From Fistulifera solaris (lineage: Eukaryota): a stretch of DNA of 64,000 nt. The position numbers and the translations under genes were made by a program. Positions 24,182 to 36,487 of this stretch are shown in pieces. Each line of letters opens with the position of its first letter. The first letter of the stretch is position 1. The stretch is from assembly GCA_030295235.1 (NCBI GenBank), contig AP026133.1, positions 1 through 64,000 on the forward strand, in the 5' to 3' direction. Below the pieces are notes generated by a model. The model ran no database searches. It was given only the letters and a program-made list of their open reading frames with translations, and was not told the DNA's origin.

Positions 24182-25246
24182 CTAGCTTTCCACTTCGTAG
24201 TCTCGGAGTTGATCAAGACCATTGTTCAACCGGGGAAAGGGACGACTCGGATTTTCGTACTGCAACCAGTTTGATGGGGACCATGTAGTATATTTTCCTT
24301 CAATCAAATGTAGCTGAAACGTATGCCGTGCTGCCGTGGACTTGTTGGGTAAACTCAAATGATCCAGTTCACCATTGAAGACTAACAAATCGCCCGGTTG
24401 ACAAGGCACCGCAATAAATCCAGCTTCCATCAAATCCACAAAGTTCCCCGTTCCGGGCAAATCACCATCCCAACTGATCGAGTGTTGATACAACTCCTTC
24501 ATGACGAACTGCGGAGCCGACGGATTGCTTTCACGAGCCGGATTGCGTTCGTATTGTCGCCGTACTGCTTCCTGATGCGATTTCGGTCGTACCCACAAAC
24601 AACCATTTTCGGTAGTAGCTTCATCGAGCGCCAGCCACAAACCGCAACACGATTGTCGAGGTTCGGTAAACAAAAACGTCGAGTCTTGATGTGAATTTAC
24701 AGCACCTCCTACTACGGCCTGTTTAAAAATATACATGCTTTGAGGCAATAGAGGGTCTTTCCATCCCAATTCCGACATCAATTCGCGGATTGCAGCAGAA
24801 AAGGCATACTCGCTAAACGGTCCTTTGCGCAGATGCAATCCGTGTCCGACTTTGTTCAAGGCGGCAATTTTATTTTCGTAAAATTCTTCTTTGAGATGCT
24901 TCTTGTCGTCTAAAGCGGACGGCTCGGCAAAGAAATGGACACGCGCAGCACTTTCTAAAAAGTAGTCACCTCGCGCCGTGTTCTCTTTCGCGGACGTACC
25001 GAACGAATCCATTTGTTGGGTATCCCATTCGTTGTTGACTATCTCTTCCATAAATTGTTTCATTTCCTGACAAGTGGATGTATCCACAAAGTTGGGAAGA
25101 TGCAGAAAACCAGCATGATGAAAGAATTGAGCTCGAGGAGAAGCCGAGACAAGCGTGTCGTCAAGCCACGATTTCACAGGTTTTAGAAGCGATTCTTGTT
25201 CGAGTCGCTGTAGAATTTCCGCAGTGTGCTGGTGAACCTCTTTCAT
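24182..25246 (-). CDS. Phytanoyl-CoA dioxygenase domain protein (PhyH/PHYHD1-like Fe(II)/2OG dioxygenase)
   Basis: LNKVGHGLH, QSMYIFKQ, HQDSTFLFTEP, GLWLALDEATTENGCLWVRPKSH, HLSLPNKS, RHTFQLH; HxD...H iron triad. Confidence 0.93.
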   Translation of the reverse strand: MKEVHQHTAEILQRLEQESLLKPVKSWLDDTLVSASPRAQFFHHAGFLHLPNFVDTSTCQEMKQFMEEIVNNEWDTQQMDSFGTSAKENTARGDYFLESAARVHFFAEPSALDDKKHLKEEFYENKIAALNKVGHGLHLRKGPFSEYAFSAAIRELMSELGWKDPLLPQSMYIFKQAVVGGAVNSHQDSTFLFTEPRQSCCGLWLALDEATTENGCLWVRPKSHQEAVRRQYERNPARESNPSAPQFVMKELYQHSISWDGDLPGTGNFVDLMEAGFIAVPCQPGDLLVFNGELDHLSLPNKSTAARHTFQLHLIEGKYTTWSPSNWLQYENPSRPFPRLNNGLDQLRDYEVES

Positions 25247-25657
25247 GGTTCTCTTTAATGAAACAAGGGTCTTTTTGGAAGCTCTCCCTGTGTTTCAATA
25301 CGATCGAATGAAGTACATGCCGTGGGATGCTGCGCTGCTCCATCTAGAGAGTTCTCGCGAAACGTTGACTGACTATACGATAAAGTGTAACTGGTACAAT
25401 AGACAATTTTCCCGACGACTCAAAGTTGATTTCAGTCCCGGAAGCAACGGAGAGGACGAGAGTGCGTTTTTAGCGTTTAGGGCCTCATGACTCATGACTG
25501 ACTTCCTCTCTGGACCTATGCGTTGCTTCTGACGTCCACGACGAACAAACGTTTTAGGCTAATTCAGTGAAAAAAGAGATTTTACATCGTTAAGGGACCA
25601 ATTTGTTGAGTAAACCATTTTTTCTTGTCGACGGTGTCATTGTTGCATTCATTCCCA

Positions 25658-26514
25658 TTATCCAGGGCATGTCACACAAAAATGGTTGTTTTCCAGGGTC
25701 TCCGGATGGGGGCAACTAGTTCCAGTAAACATATTGGTTTTGGATGCACCAGCAGCAGCAACTTTCCACGCACACAAGTCTTGATGGAATTCTCCAGCAT
25801 TCTTAAACATGGAATCCATGCTGGTAACTTTTGCCGTGTCCCATTGATTGATATTTTGATTGAATGCAGAGGCACCATCAAACATTCCCACCATATTGGT
25901 CACCTTTGCCGTAATCCAAGCCCCCAATGTCTTGGTCGAACGAAATAGCGTTCGCGAACATGCCCGTCATGTCGACAACCTTTTCTGTGTCCCAATCACC
26001 GATCTGTTGGTCGAACGCCGCCGCTTCATAAAACATCAAATACATTGTGGTGACAGCAGACGTGTCCCAATCGCCGATGGGTTGATCAAAAATGGTAGGC
26101 ACCAAAAAGCATTCCCTCCATGCTCGTGACGGCGGAGGTGTTCCAGCGACTGATGTCTCCGTGAAACAAAGGAGCGTAAAAGAACATGTCTTCCATCGTA
26201 TTGACGGCGGAGGTATCCCAGCCACCAATCTCCTGATCAAAGGCTGTAGCACCAGAAAACATTCTACCCATGTTGGTAACCTTGGCTGTATCCCATCTCC
26301 CAATGTCTTGATTGAGCGCTGGGAAACATCTCAACAGTTTGGTTTGGATGATTTTTCGGGTAATGCAAACGAGTACGTTCAAATGGCTTGTTTGGAGCTC
26401 CACTTTGTCGTCAAACACTCTTCTTCCATTCGGACAAGGATTTGAATGACGACAGTTCCAGAAAACGTTGTTGCGATCCAACAGTGAAAACAACAAGAAG
26501 TGATTGTCGTTCAT
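25658..26514 (-). CDS. DUF285/BspA-type 25-residue repeat surface protein (frameshifted in this sequence)
   Basis: Repeats FNQxIGxWDTSAVTxMxxMF spread over three frames. N-cap NPCPNGRRVFDDKVELQ and C-cap FHQDLCAW...MFTGTSCP...FCVTC. Confidence 0.88.
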
Positions 26515-26567
26515 ACTGCTATTTCAAGATCTTTGAGAGAAAAGAAAGTGATGGCATCCGAAAAAAT

Positions 26568-26612
26568 GATATATATATTTATATATCTATATCTATATAT
26601 ATATATATATAT
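26568..26612. repeat. (AT)n microsatellite
   Basis: ATATATATTTATATATCTATATCTATATATATATATATATA. Confidence 0.85.
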
Positions 26613-26653
26613 AAACGCAGAGTTAAAAGTCGTCGCACTGCAACAGTTTTCTG

Positions 26654-27285
26654 TCAGTCGAACAATATCAAGCCCAACAAATGCAATAAAAAGAAACAGA
26701 TAAATGGCCTTTTCGTGGTAGGAGCAGCACTCGAAATTGAGGATGAAGACGTTGGTAGTGATTGTGATGTCGTAGGGGCTTGCACTGGGCTATTGTTGTT
26801 CGGAAGTGATTCGACGGGCACCGGCTATCATTACCACTGCATCCCTCACTGCACGACGGGATGAATGACAATTGGCCGCTTACGGTGGAATCATTTACAG
26901 TACCATCTCGATTGATGTAGAAATAATCCCAGATTGCATTATTGGTGGCAGATTTAGTAAGGGTGGAAGTCCCGGTCAAGATGCACACATCCAATCCGTA
27001 TTCCAAATTCCTATCCCATGTGAAGATTCCAGGGCCGACGCTTTTGGGAACAATGGGCTGATTGTTGCCGCACTGGCCGCCCAATAATGTTTCCGTGACA
27101 CCGTTGGCGCTGTACTCAACTATGACTGGAGACGTAAAGCCAAGATTGTCCTGGAAAACTGAGCCCGTGAATTCTCCAAATGGATTCCCAAATGAATCAC
27201 AACAGCTACTGCTCTGCGAAAATGCGCCTCCAATCAGAATAATCAACAAAACAAAGGAGGATAGATCAATAGTTGTTTTCAACAT
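26654..27285 (-). CDS. Secreted, probably GPI-anchored protein (signal peptide, Cys-containing domain, Ser/Thr/Pro stalk, hydrophobic tail)
   Basis: Starts MLKTTIDLSSFVLLIILIGGAFSQ. After a frameshift at ~26820 it reads PVESLPNNNSPVQAPTTSQSLPTSSSSISSAAPTTKRPFICFFLLHLLGLILFD*. Confidence 0.7.
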
Positions 27286-27742
27286 TCTCGACTGTTTGGG
27301 TTGATTTTTGAGAGTTGAACGATCCTTTTGGGTTTGGGGGTTGTTTGTGTTGTTTGTATTGTTTGTTGTTTCTTTCATGCGCTTTTCTACGAGGCAATCG
27401 GCTGATCTGAAAAAATAAAAATAATATACCAGTACTCATCCCAAGCAGTGCGGGGGAAATTGTGTACATTCACGTAGGCCCCCGTAGAGAAAGTGCCAGA
27501 GCAGAGTTGCGTTCCCTAATCTATCTTCTCAAATGGGGTACGGAACTTTAGAGTGACCCACAACACACAACACTGAAAACTGAATATTGTACCATCTACT
27601 GGTAATCCTCATATATATTTTATTCCTAATTTTTTAATCGTCAGAATCTAATCTTGACATTCGACTGAATTTTCCACTTTTCATTCACATATATTTCAGT
27701 CTGACACGTCAATGAGTAAGCTTTGGTTCTAACTCCCTAGCC

Positions 27743-28230
27743 TTAGTGCGCTAGTAGAGGGCCAGTCCCGAGCCCGTTTCCCAATGAGGGGGGATTCCGT
27801 TTTGGCATTCCTTCTCTTGGATTTCGCAGAAGCATACTAACTGACCTGACCAGGGAAAGACTCATGCGCGCCCGGATGAAGCCACAGATCTCGGAGTATG
27901 GCTTGTTCCACTTCCGCTGAAGTTTTCTTGCAAGCTGTCTCGATGCTGAAATAGCCTGTTGTCCCATCATTCCGTCAATGGAAAAGACCAGGGGAGTGAA
28001 GTCTCGTCTGCGTTCGTGGCAAGGGGGTCCGTACATGCTACGCTTTTCACGCTCTTGAGAAGCCAGAACCTTAATCGGGTCACGGTTTCTGTATGACGGT
28101 GCGTCGGTATCAGTAACTCGGACATCGAAAATGGTCGTTCGTCTCTCATTCCAAAAGCCATAGGCCGAAACATCTCCTCGAAGCTCTTGAACCTGTGTAC
28201 TGTTGTTGCTGTTGCCAAATGTGTGAATGG
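27743..28230 (-). mobile_element. 3' fragment of a CRE-like non-LTR retrotransposon (C-terminal restriction-like endonuclease domain)
   Basis: RGDVSAYGFW...IFDVRVTDTDAPSY...EREKRSMY...FTPLVFSIDGMMG...YSEICGFIRARMSLSLVRS. No RT upstream, so 5'-truncated. Confidence 0.8.
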
Positions 28231-28755
28231 TAGCCTGCTTTCTGCTGTCTGTTGTCTGTTGTCCTGTCTGGTCACTGTCACTTACTGCCCTTTCAGACAA
28301 TTACTGTACCTGGTACTCTCTACTCTCTCTTTTTCGTTATAAGTTATAAGCTGCGTGCTACGTAACAGAAACAGCGTAATACGGGTAAGGCAATTTAATA
28401 CAGCATCACACAGATACGGCAGACTAATAAGAGATGCAAACGAAAAATAAAATGAGGCGATCGCGAATGAACATCGAACATCGCGACACTGATCGATTCA
28501 ACTTTTATGCACACCGAAGAAAAAAATTCAGTCAAAAATAATGACGATTCTTTGCCGACAGTTGCAAACCATCGCTTTTCAGATGACGTTGTTCGAAGTA
28601 GCAGTCGTTGGGTCCTGTGACGTGTGAGCTACAAATTATCACGGTTGCGTGTGCTTTACCGAGTGGTACGTTTAGAGCCGAACCTTTCCAGCACCAAGAC
28701 GACTCGCTCCTTCATCGATAGATCACTATCGTCGGCATTTTTCGAACTATTCCCG

Positions 28756-29160
28756 ATGATTCCACAGAAGTGGGTGACAACAATTATCTTGATTACGAGT
28801 ACGCTATTTGTTGCAGTCGATGACAAGTCCTGGTAGTAGACATTGTATTGCTAGACGGAGGAACTCCTGAAGGAATCCATTCGCCAGTAAGCATAGACGG
28901 CGGTGTTTTGAAGATAGGAGTCTGGCAATTCATTCTTAGCGAGAAGAAAGATTTCCTATCCGTATTATTGACCAAAGAATGTTGTTCGCGGGTGTGTACA
29001 GGAATAAACTCCTTACGACCCTATCGGTCTTGTCCGAAGGGAAGAATTGTCTTCGAAAATAAATAAGCCGATCTCCGACAAGCTATCTTAGACTATGAAG
29101 CTTCGCCGACAGGACCGCAGCCCAACTGTTGGGATGTGTCTAGGGTTACTGATTTTTGCA
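28756..29160 (+). pseudogene. Truncated DUF285-family gene remnant
   Basis: Signal-peptide-like MIPQKWVTTIILITSTLFVAV. 29020-29160 reads RSCPKGRIVFENK*/ADLRQAILDYEASPTGPQPNCWDVSRVTDF, matching the N-cap of the 57 and 59 kb paralogs, and then ends. Confidence 0.7.
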
Positions 29161-29336
29161 TGCCCTGCCTAGAGAGTGGCAGCGGTTGCAACGAGAAAAA
29201 AGTTTTTGTCTTTTCCGATAATTTTTTTTAAAGATTAAACATTCATCAAGATTCTTCCTTCTTTGGCTCTTTTGCTCATCTATTTGTGTGAATGCAAACA
29301 ATCATATCAAACCATGTTTCGTCTTTGATTTCACAG

Positions 29337-30783
29337 CTACGCTTCCGCATCCACTTCCATCTCCATTGTCTCGCTTGTTTTAGTGGCATCCGGGACCGTG
29401 CGATACTGTGCACCAGTTGTCGAATGAATGCCCGAATAACGTGACACGAGCCATCCTAAAAGAAATCCGGCCATCATCCATACAATCAGATGACCACTGA
29501 ACCATGAAGGAGGATTCATGGTTGTTTGCGAGACACCACTTTCCAACATGGACGACAAGTTTGTATTCAAATAGTCGTCCACGCCAACTCTCATGAAATC
29601 CACCGAAATAGTCCAAAATAACGACCTTCGAAATATCAAGTGTGTAATATGAGCCCGACATGTGGGAACCACCTTCTGCCATCCACGACGCCAAGGGATG
29701 CGTGTGCTGAAATTGCGTGGCGATATCACGGTTGAATTCGACCGGAACCGCTTTCCCGTACAAGGCGACTTGTGCACAAAGGGGCAGTTCTTGTCCTCCA
29801 CAAGGTCTTCCTTCACTCACACGTTCGGCTAATGAAGCTTCTGACAAACTAATAACAATGTGATTGTCATTCGCTTTCATGTTGACGGCCAAAGCATCCG
29901 CGTCGGGTAAGTAAAAGAGAGGACGTCCGGTACTCGTCGATAAATCGACACCATCCGCAATTGATCGAATGTTTCCAAAGACAGAAGAAGATGAAGTCGT
30001 TTCTGCTGCATTGGAAGCAGCCGCAACGGTGGCAATGGTACTCCATTTCGAGTGATGAGTGATCCAACGAGCGCGTGTCGCAAAGTTGTTCCATTTCGGA
30101 ACAATCTTGTCCGCCGCCGGAATAGTCGTGGGCGTCACGGCTTCACCACCCGCAATTACGTGTTCCGCAGCTTTCGCTTGACGGTATTCGTCGGGTGACA
30201 GGACACTGGCTCCACCGAAATTACCAATCATCCACAACGAATCTTGTACAACAAATTCGTGAACACGGAAGTCATGATTCACGGGCCAATACGCCATGGT
30301 AGGATGCTTCTCCAACAAAGCCTTCCACCCAATGTCTTCACAATTCGGTCCGACATCGTGGGTTGCCGTACACGGATGAATCGAGCCCGCTATCGTCAAT
30401 TTGATGCAACGAGGATCTTGTGGATCAACGGCACTTTCGGGAGTGCCACAACCGGGCACCGCTAATAGTTCCGTATTCAAAGCGGCTTGACTCAATGTTA
30501 ACGAAGAATCGTGCAAATGCGTTTCTCCCATGAGATAGAAAAAGATACGTCCTTCGTTGGTTTCATCTGCAGCAAAGGGTAGCACCACGGCAAGCAAATC
30601 ATTCGTTTCTACATCACCATCTTGTCCGAAAAAAGCCTTTTCGGGACGAGTGGTGAGCGTTCCCTAAGTAGATTGTGTGGTTAACCAACGTGCGGCGCTC
30701 GCTTCTTTTGCAGCATCCTTCGTCACTTCAAACGAATGAACCGAAGAAACAGCAGCAGCAACGACGACGAGAAGAAACGTCAT
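29337..30783 (-). CDS. CREG: Double-domain CREG-like protein (split-barrel, pyridoxamine 5'-phosphate oxidase-like) with signal peptide and C-terminal TM
   Basis: MTFLLVVAAAVSSVHS signal. Two ARW-x-T...W-x-T domains, DPQDPRCIKLTIAG, HPTMAYWPVNHDF, STGRPLFYL, ILDYFGG. TM HLIVWMMAGFLLGWLVS follows a frameshift at ~29595. In-frame TAG at 30664-30666. Confidence 0.85.
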
Positions 30784-31225
30784 GATAATTGTCAATCGAC
30801 TTTGACTCTCTAGCGTTTTCGATTATCCGCACGCCACTTGAGGTAAATTGTAAAAAGGCAGCAGAAGGAACCGTGTATACATTCTACGGAGTCTGTCTAC
30901 TTGCAATTTCGTGACATCTTTCTCATCCTTTTCCTTTCTGTTCTTTCTTGACGACGATGCATGAGAGAATGTTGTTGGAGCACGCAACGAAACAGCGCGT
31001 GTTGGTCACGCATCAAAAAGTTCCATAGTCCAATTACTACTATCTTGCAATATGTTGCCAAAAAATCTCCGACTGAAATTAGATTCAGTCACGAATAAAT
31101 TCTAACTTGGCTCAACTTCATCGAAACTAATAAATAATGGTTTTTTAAAGATAAAAAATCAATGATTGTATTGAATAATTATTTCCTTATTGTTTTTGCT
31201 ATGCTGCGATGATTGTTGTGCACTA

Positions 31226-31235
31226 AAGGCGCATG
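31226..31235 (+). promoter_or_regulatory. Candidate diatom iron-responsive element AAGGCGCATG upstream of CREG
   Basis: Matches the consensus A(A/C)G(G/C)C(G/-)C(A/G)TG that I recall for Phaeodactylum low-iron promoters. The motif is short and low in specificity. Confidence 0.35.
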
Positions 31236-31444
31236 TTGCATCCCGCCCCCGTTCATTAAAAACTAAAAAAATCGCAGTTTTTTCTTTTTTTTACTATAGG
31301 ATAGAATGTTGGCGGTACCAAAGATCGACGGACTTAAGTTCAGTCCCGACTGGTACGTTAGCGGTCTGCCCTGCTGCCGACACCTAACGTATGCGAAGAA
31401 GCAATTTGTTCGAAGCAAAACATAAACTATATTCATTCATGTAA

Positions 31445-32362
31445 TCAAGCAACGTCCATATCTGAGACGTATTCATCTTCATGATAATCGACGTGAATTT
31501 GCGTGACGGTCACGCTTTCGGAAGGCAGATCATCCGAAGCTGCTTTTCCAGCAATGATGCTCTTTTGCTGTGACCCACGACGAAGGTAGAGCGCAGCACC
31601 GCTCAACAGAATCAACACAAATAAATTTCCCAATGTGGCTCCCAAAATCAATGCTTGCTCGTTCGATCCTTTTTCTTTCGCTTCGATACGAGGAGTCGTC
31701 ACAATAGGAGAGGGTTGAGAAACTGCAATAGGGGCGAGTGTGGGTGCCGGAGAAGATGCATTTACGTTGCCAAACGGAGTTCCATCTTCTCCTCGACACA
31801 GAAAACAACTTGGAGCATCGGCTTGTGTCTGTAATGTGACAGCATCGATCCATTCCGCTTCTTCATCACAGGCTTCCGCTGCCACAGCACAGTAATAAAA
31901 GCCATTGTCGAAACAGGCTCCAACCCTCACTTGATCGCAAGTACATTCCATGTTATTCTCTGCATACGCCGGAATCCACGAGGAAGCGCAATCCACACGG
32001 GACCAGTAGCAGCTCGCATCGGCTTCACATTTTCCAAAGAGTGTGGCAGCGCCATTGCGTGTCCCGTCCGCGAGAATCGTGCAACGATCGTCTACGGCAA
32101 CAAACTGCGAAGGATCTTGACACGCGGACGCATCACTCGTGCATCCTCCGTCCGCACAACGACCAATTTTGGTGACTTCCTCTGTCCCTCGACGCGTCGT
32201 ACAAGCCCCACCATGGGCCAAGCCACCATCGACGCGGCGTGCACTCATAAAGATTGCATCCATAGGGCAATCCTTCGGCTGGAGAGCACAGACACGAAAA
32301 CCGTCACCGCCATTGCGCATGCAAGCACCGGCTTGGACTGCCAAACGAAGAGGTGTACTCAT
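31445..32362 (-). CDS. Cys-rich single-pass membrane protein, possibly ISIP2b-like
   Basis: Intact 305 aa ORF with many Cys in repeated G(A/R/K)C...C...C units (CYWSRVDC, CTCDQVRVGAC, YCAVAAEACD), a Pro/Thr stalk, TM ALILGATLGNLFVLILLSGAALYL and an acidic tail. The family assignment is from memory and gene context. Confidence 0.75.
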   Translation of the reverse strand: MSTPLRLAVQAGACMRNGGDGFRVCALQPKDCPMDAIFMSARRVDGGLAHGGACTTRRGTEEVTKIGRCADGGCTSDASACQDPSQFVAVDDRCTILADGTRNGAATLFGKCEADASCYWSRVDCASSWIPAYAENNMECTCDQVRVGACFDNGFYYCAVAAEACDEEAEWIDAVTLQTQADAPSCFLCRGEDGTPFGNVNASSPAPTLAPIAVSQPSPIVTTPRIEAKEKGSNEQALILGATLGNLFVLILLSGAALYLRRGSQQKSIIAGKAASDDLPSESVTVTQIHVDYHEDEYVSDMDVA

Positions 32363-32993
32363 TTTCGTTTATTTATTTTGTGCATTGTCAAAAAGCAGTT
32401 TTTGAAAAGAAAAGTGTTGTGGCTTTACGATGGATTTGAGCGACGACACACCGAAAACGAACCTCGTGCCACCTAATCCTTTCACACCATCCATTTCCTT
32501 GCAGTAATTATAGCAAAGGTTACTGGTATTCTAACCATTTTAAAGGATGAAAGGCAGCACAAGGAAAAAAGAGCGTGCTTCTGGGCACGTCAACCGCGTG
32601 TTCGGCATGCTCTTAATTTCTGTGCAGTAAGGGTTGTGGTTTTTTCGTTGAGTATCCGCATTGTAGTACTTGAACTTGATGTCCTGGCGTCCCACTTTTT
32701 CAGCCTGTCGTTTCGTCGAGAAACACGCGTTGAAGCTTGACATTTGTCTGTAGGGATCACAATGAAAACACTAAAGGCACATTTCACGCTTCAACGAAAC
32801 CTTTCTAGTACTGTTATTACTGGAAACATGCACAAGTTCCTTCACTTTTTCGTTTGGTCGATCGACCAGCACGCTCTCCATCCACCAAAGTATATCGTGC
32901 AAACCAAAGAGATTTTTTTGCATTCCTTTCAGAATCTCTCATTTTTGTCATAAAAAGTCTGCATTCGTTTCAGTGAAAACAACTTCAAACATC

Positions 32994-34988
32994 ATGCAAC
33001 TTCGACTCGGACTTCTTTCCGTCCTCGCAGGTTACAAGATGGCGCTAGGTAAGCCAAAAGAAAACGAGCATGTTTTGCCAGATTGATCTATGCAAATCTG
33101 CAGAGCAACTTTTATCAACTTTTTTGTTTGCTTTGTTTTCACAGCCATTCCTGCCACCAGCGATATTTACTATCATGAACAGACAGAACAGCACCTTCCG
33201 GAAGCCGTGTGGACCTTTTCGGATCAAGGAGTCACCATCTTCACGGCAGACGGTGAAACAGAACTAATGAAACATTCCAACGCGACCTTGGGCTGTGGTG
33301 AATCCTGCTTTTACTTCAACATTGCTACAGATGGCCGCAAGTACGTTTGGGGTAACGCCCTCCATTCTGCCCTTCACCGCATCGACGTCTTTTCCCTACA
33401 CACTGGAGAGTACCTCGGAGGAGTTGCAACCTGCAGCACTCCATTAGATATGGATTTCATCCCTAACCGCGAGGAATTGTGGATCCGTTGTGCCGGTGAT
33501 GAACTCAACGAAAACACCACCGAAACTGCGACAGGACACTTGCGTGTCATTCACACTAACTCTCTAGGTGCGGTGTCAGAAGACATCCGCTTGACGGAGG
33601 AACGTTCCTACGGATATGCCGTCTTTCACTCGTCTCTTGGCAATTATGGATACGCCACCGACAACACGCAGAACAAATTGTGGAAGGTAGACCTGGCATA
33701 CCGCGAAGTAGTAGGCTACATTACTTTGGATCAGGCTCATTCATCCTATGACGCGACGTACAGTGTCAAGAATAAGCACATTTTCCTTCGATCCCGTGTC
33801 TGTTGCACGTGCGGCTTTGAAGGTGCCGACGCCGCCACCTGCGGTCGTGGACCCGGTTTCCCCGGACAAATTATCACAACAGGACCAAGCGCGTAAGTTC
33901 ATGGACCAAACCGAACACATTGTTACCGTGAAGACCGTTCATGTAGCGTCTCACATTTGTATTTGCCTTTTTCGTGTTTCTATTTCAGTGGACGCACCGA
34001 CTTGAATGGTACCTGTGGAGATTCTTGTGAGGGTTCCTTAGCTGACACGATTGGTGTGATGGAATTCGATACCGTTTTGGACACTTTTGTTGCAAATCAT
34101 CAACCGCTGGAAGCATACGGTGCCACACCCCAAGCATCACCGGATGGACAACATGTATTGCTGCTCGCCAATGACGGAGGAAAGAACGTACGCGTCCTAA
34201 AAGCAGGAGAAAATGGACAAGCGTCTACCGTCGCTTTTGATCTTGCTGTTAACTTCGAGAATGTTCCACCAGGTGCACAGGCCATTTCCGACTTCGCCTT
34301 CATCGACTGGAATGATCGCACGATTCTCGCCTTGGCGTCCGGCTACGACAACAATCTCGTCTTAGCCGATTTGAGCGCAACGCCTCCTACTATCAACAAG
34401 GTGCCCCTTTCCACTTCCGCATCGCCTACCGGAGGAACCAGTGGCCGTATGATTGAATGGGCCTACGGCACGGAATACTTGTGGGTTGATGGATCGGCAA
34501 ATGAAGAAGTTTACGTTCTAAAACTGGATGCCAATGGCGGTGCAGCGGTCCACCGCACCATTGCCGAAGCACCTGTGAGCAAGATGATTTATGTCGAGAA
34601 CTTTGGTCAGCGTGCCGTTAAAAAACTCATGGCCGAAATGATTGCTTCAACCCAAGTAGACGACGGCTTGGGCACAACGAAAGCCGAAGGCAGCAGCAGC
34701 AGTGATACGGTCCCCGGTACGGATCTTTTGCTTCAGCAAATGGAAGAAGCGGGTTTGTTGGCTTGTGAAGAGAATGACGATCCCTCCATCATTGCGATCG
34801 TGGCATTCGTCATTGGCAGCCTCTCCTTGTTGATGAATATAGTGGTCATTATGCATTACTTTTTCTCTTCATCGATGGGAGCTGCCAGCAAACAGTGCAG
34901 TACCGGCACTCCCGACAAAGAACTGTCAAATTCGTTGGCCGATATTCCAGATGACAGCAGGACTCTCGGCAGCAAGCTCGTCGCTTAA
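32994..34988 (+). CDS. Type I membrane protein with YVTN-like beta-propeller and Cys-rich insertion (3 exons)
   Basis: Exon 1 MQLRLGLLSVLAGYKMAL; introns at ~33048-33144 and ~33893-33988. Propeller blades (ATDGRKYVW, ASPDGQHVLL), RVCCTCG...CG...TCGDSCEG, TM IIAIVAFVIGSLSLLMNIVVIM. Confidence 0.82.
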
Positions 34989-35836
34989 TTCATTCTTTGC
35001 GCAGTTGTAGTCTCGTAACATATCGTAAGAATCATCTTTGTTTTTCGAATGTTGGGCAGGAAGATTATCGTGTAAATTTTGAGTGACGAAGTCTCCAATT
35101 TATCCTCGCAGTTCAATAAGGGCTAGGCCCAAGGCGTAATCTGCGAGGTGCGGAGTTTTGCATTTAAAAACATAGCCTTAACTCTAAAACGTGCTCATAT
35201 CTGCATCCAATTATCTATCAGTTGTAAAGTACAGAAGCATTTGATAGAAGTTCGTGCGTTTCTACTATAGCTGATAATGTATCTTTTAGTGATTCTGAGA
35301 CAGATTTGTGCCGGAGGCAGAATTTTAACGCCGTTTCCAGAAATGCAATCGCAGGTTACGAATGTCTGCAGCAGCGCAACTTGGAGGTCCCTGCAATGCT
35401 GGGACTGAAAAATCAAGTTGAGTCACCAAATGACACCCGCACACTCTATCGTATACTACGTAGTTACTTTAGAGAGATGATGAGAAAGCAACTTTCTACA
35501 ACTCAAAAGTTAACTTCCATTTCCAACAAGCGTGACAGCTACAGCGCCTATGGGGGTTGCTGATCCGCTTCTGGAGGCCGGGTACCGTCCTTTGTGTGTC
35601 ATGCACAGGAATCGAAGCCGATGTGTTCGACCAGAGGCACACGGTGCTGGGGTATCGTGATGAAACCCTTCTCGGTCGACAGTCGCACGTCGCTTCGTTG
35701 ATTGGTGGTGAAAAGAAAGGGGTGCATGGAGGACGAAGAACATTATTTTTTTTTGTCATGAAAACAACTATTTCGATTCCAGGTTAAAAAATAAAGTATC
35801 GTGCATCGATACATTTGCCGCGTCGCTGCCACACAG

Positions 35837-35857
35837 CCCCCCCCCCCCCCCCCCCCC
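35837..35857. repeat. Poly-C homopolymer (21 nt)
   Basis: Uninterrupted C run. Confidence 0.85.
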
Positions 35858-36487
35858 ATTGTCTTCTTCCGAGAATGTGCCGCGAATACTATACCTGGTA
35901 CGAGGAAATCGCAAAATCTCACGATTGTTTTGCTAGCTACCAAGCTACGGTGGAACGGCAACAAACATATATGAATGTCAGGTGGCGTAAGTAGACCACC
36001 CGACTGTGAGAAGCTGGGTAAGATTGGATATTTGGTTGGCAAATCGGAACCAAAGAGGTGTCGAAGAGAAGGATTTCGATTTCCTACTTCTATTTCAAGC
36101 GTACTGGAATACCACTCCATTGAAAAACATGGGGATAGAAGTGGGTAGATCTACTGTTCTTCGGGGTTCGATTTCATGATTCTCGTTAGCAGTTTTCACA
36201 AGAAAAACAAATGCCACGACTTGTGCCTTCTGACGAACAAAACATTGTTAACGAGACCATAATTCGATTTGGCTAATGCAACTCGAAAGTGGTTGCTCCA
36301 TCGCAAATGATTCGAGAACTTTTACAATTTATTCTCTATGCGCGCTTTGCTATGTTTGGAGCTTGTCCTTGCGTTCTAGTACGGCAATTGAAAGTGGGTC
36401 TTCATGTCAACAGACTTTTTGAATTGGTTTTTATGTGTTAATATTAAGAGATGTTGGAAACTCGCTATCGTAGTTCGCTGGGTGTTT

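Noticed and set aside
32994..34988. Calling the beta-propeller protein ISIP1
   Set aside because: The architecture is similar, but the sequence does not resemble what I recall of ISIP1; left unnamed.
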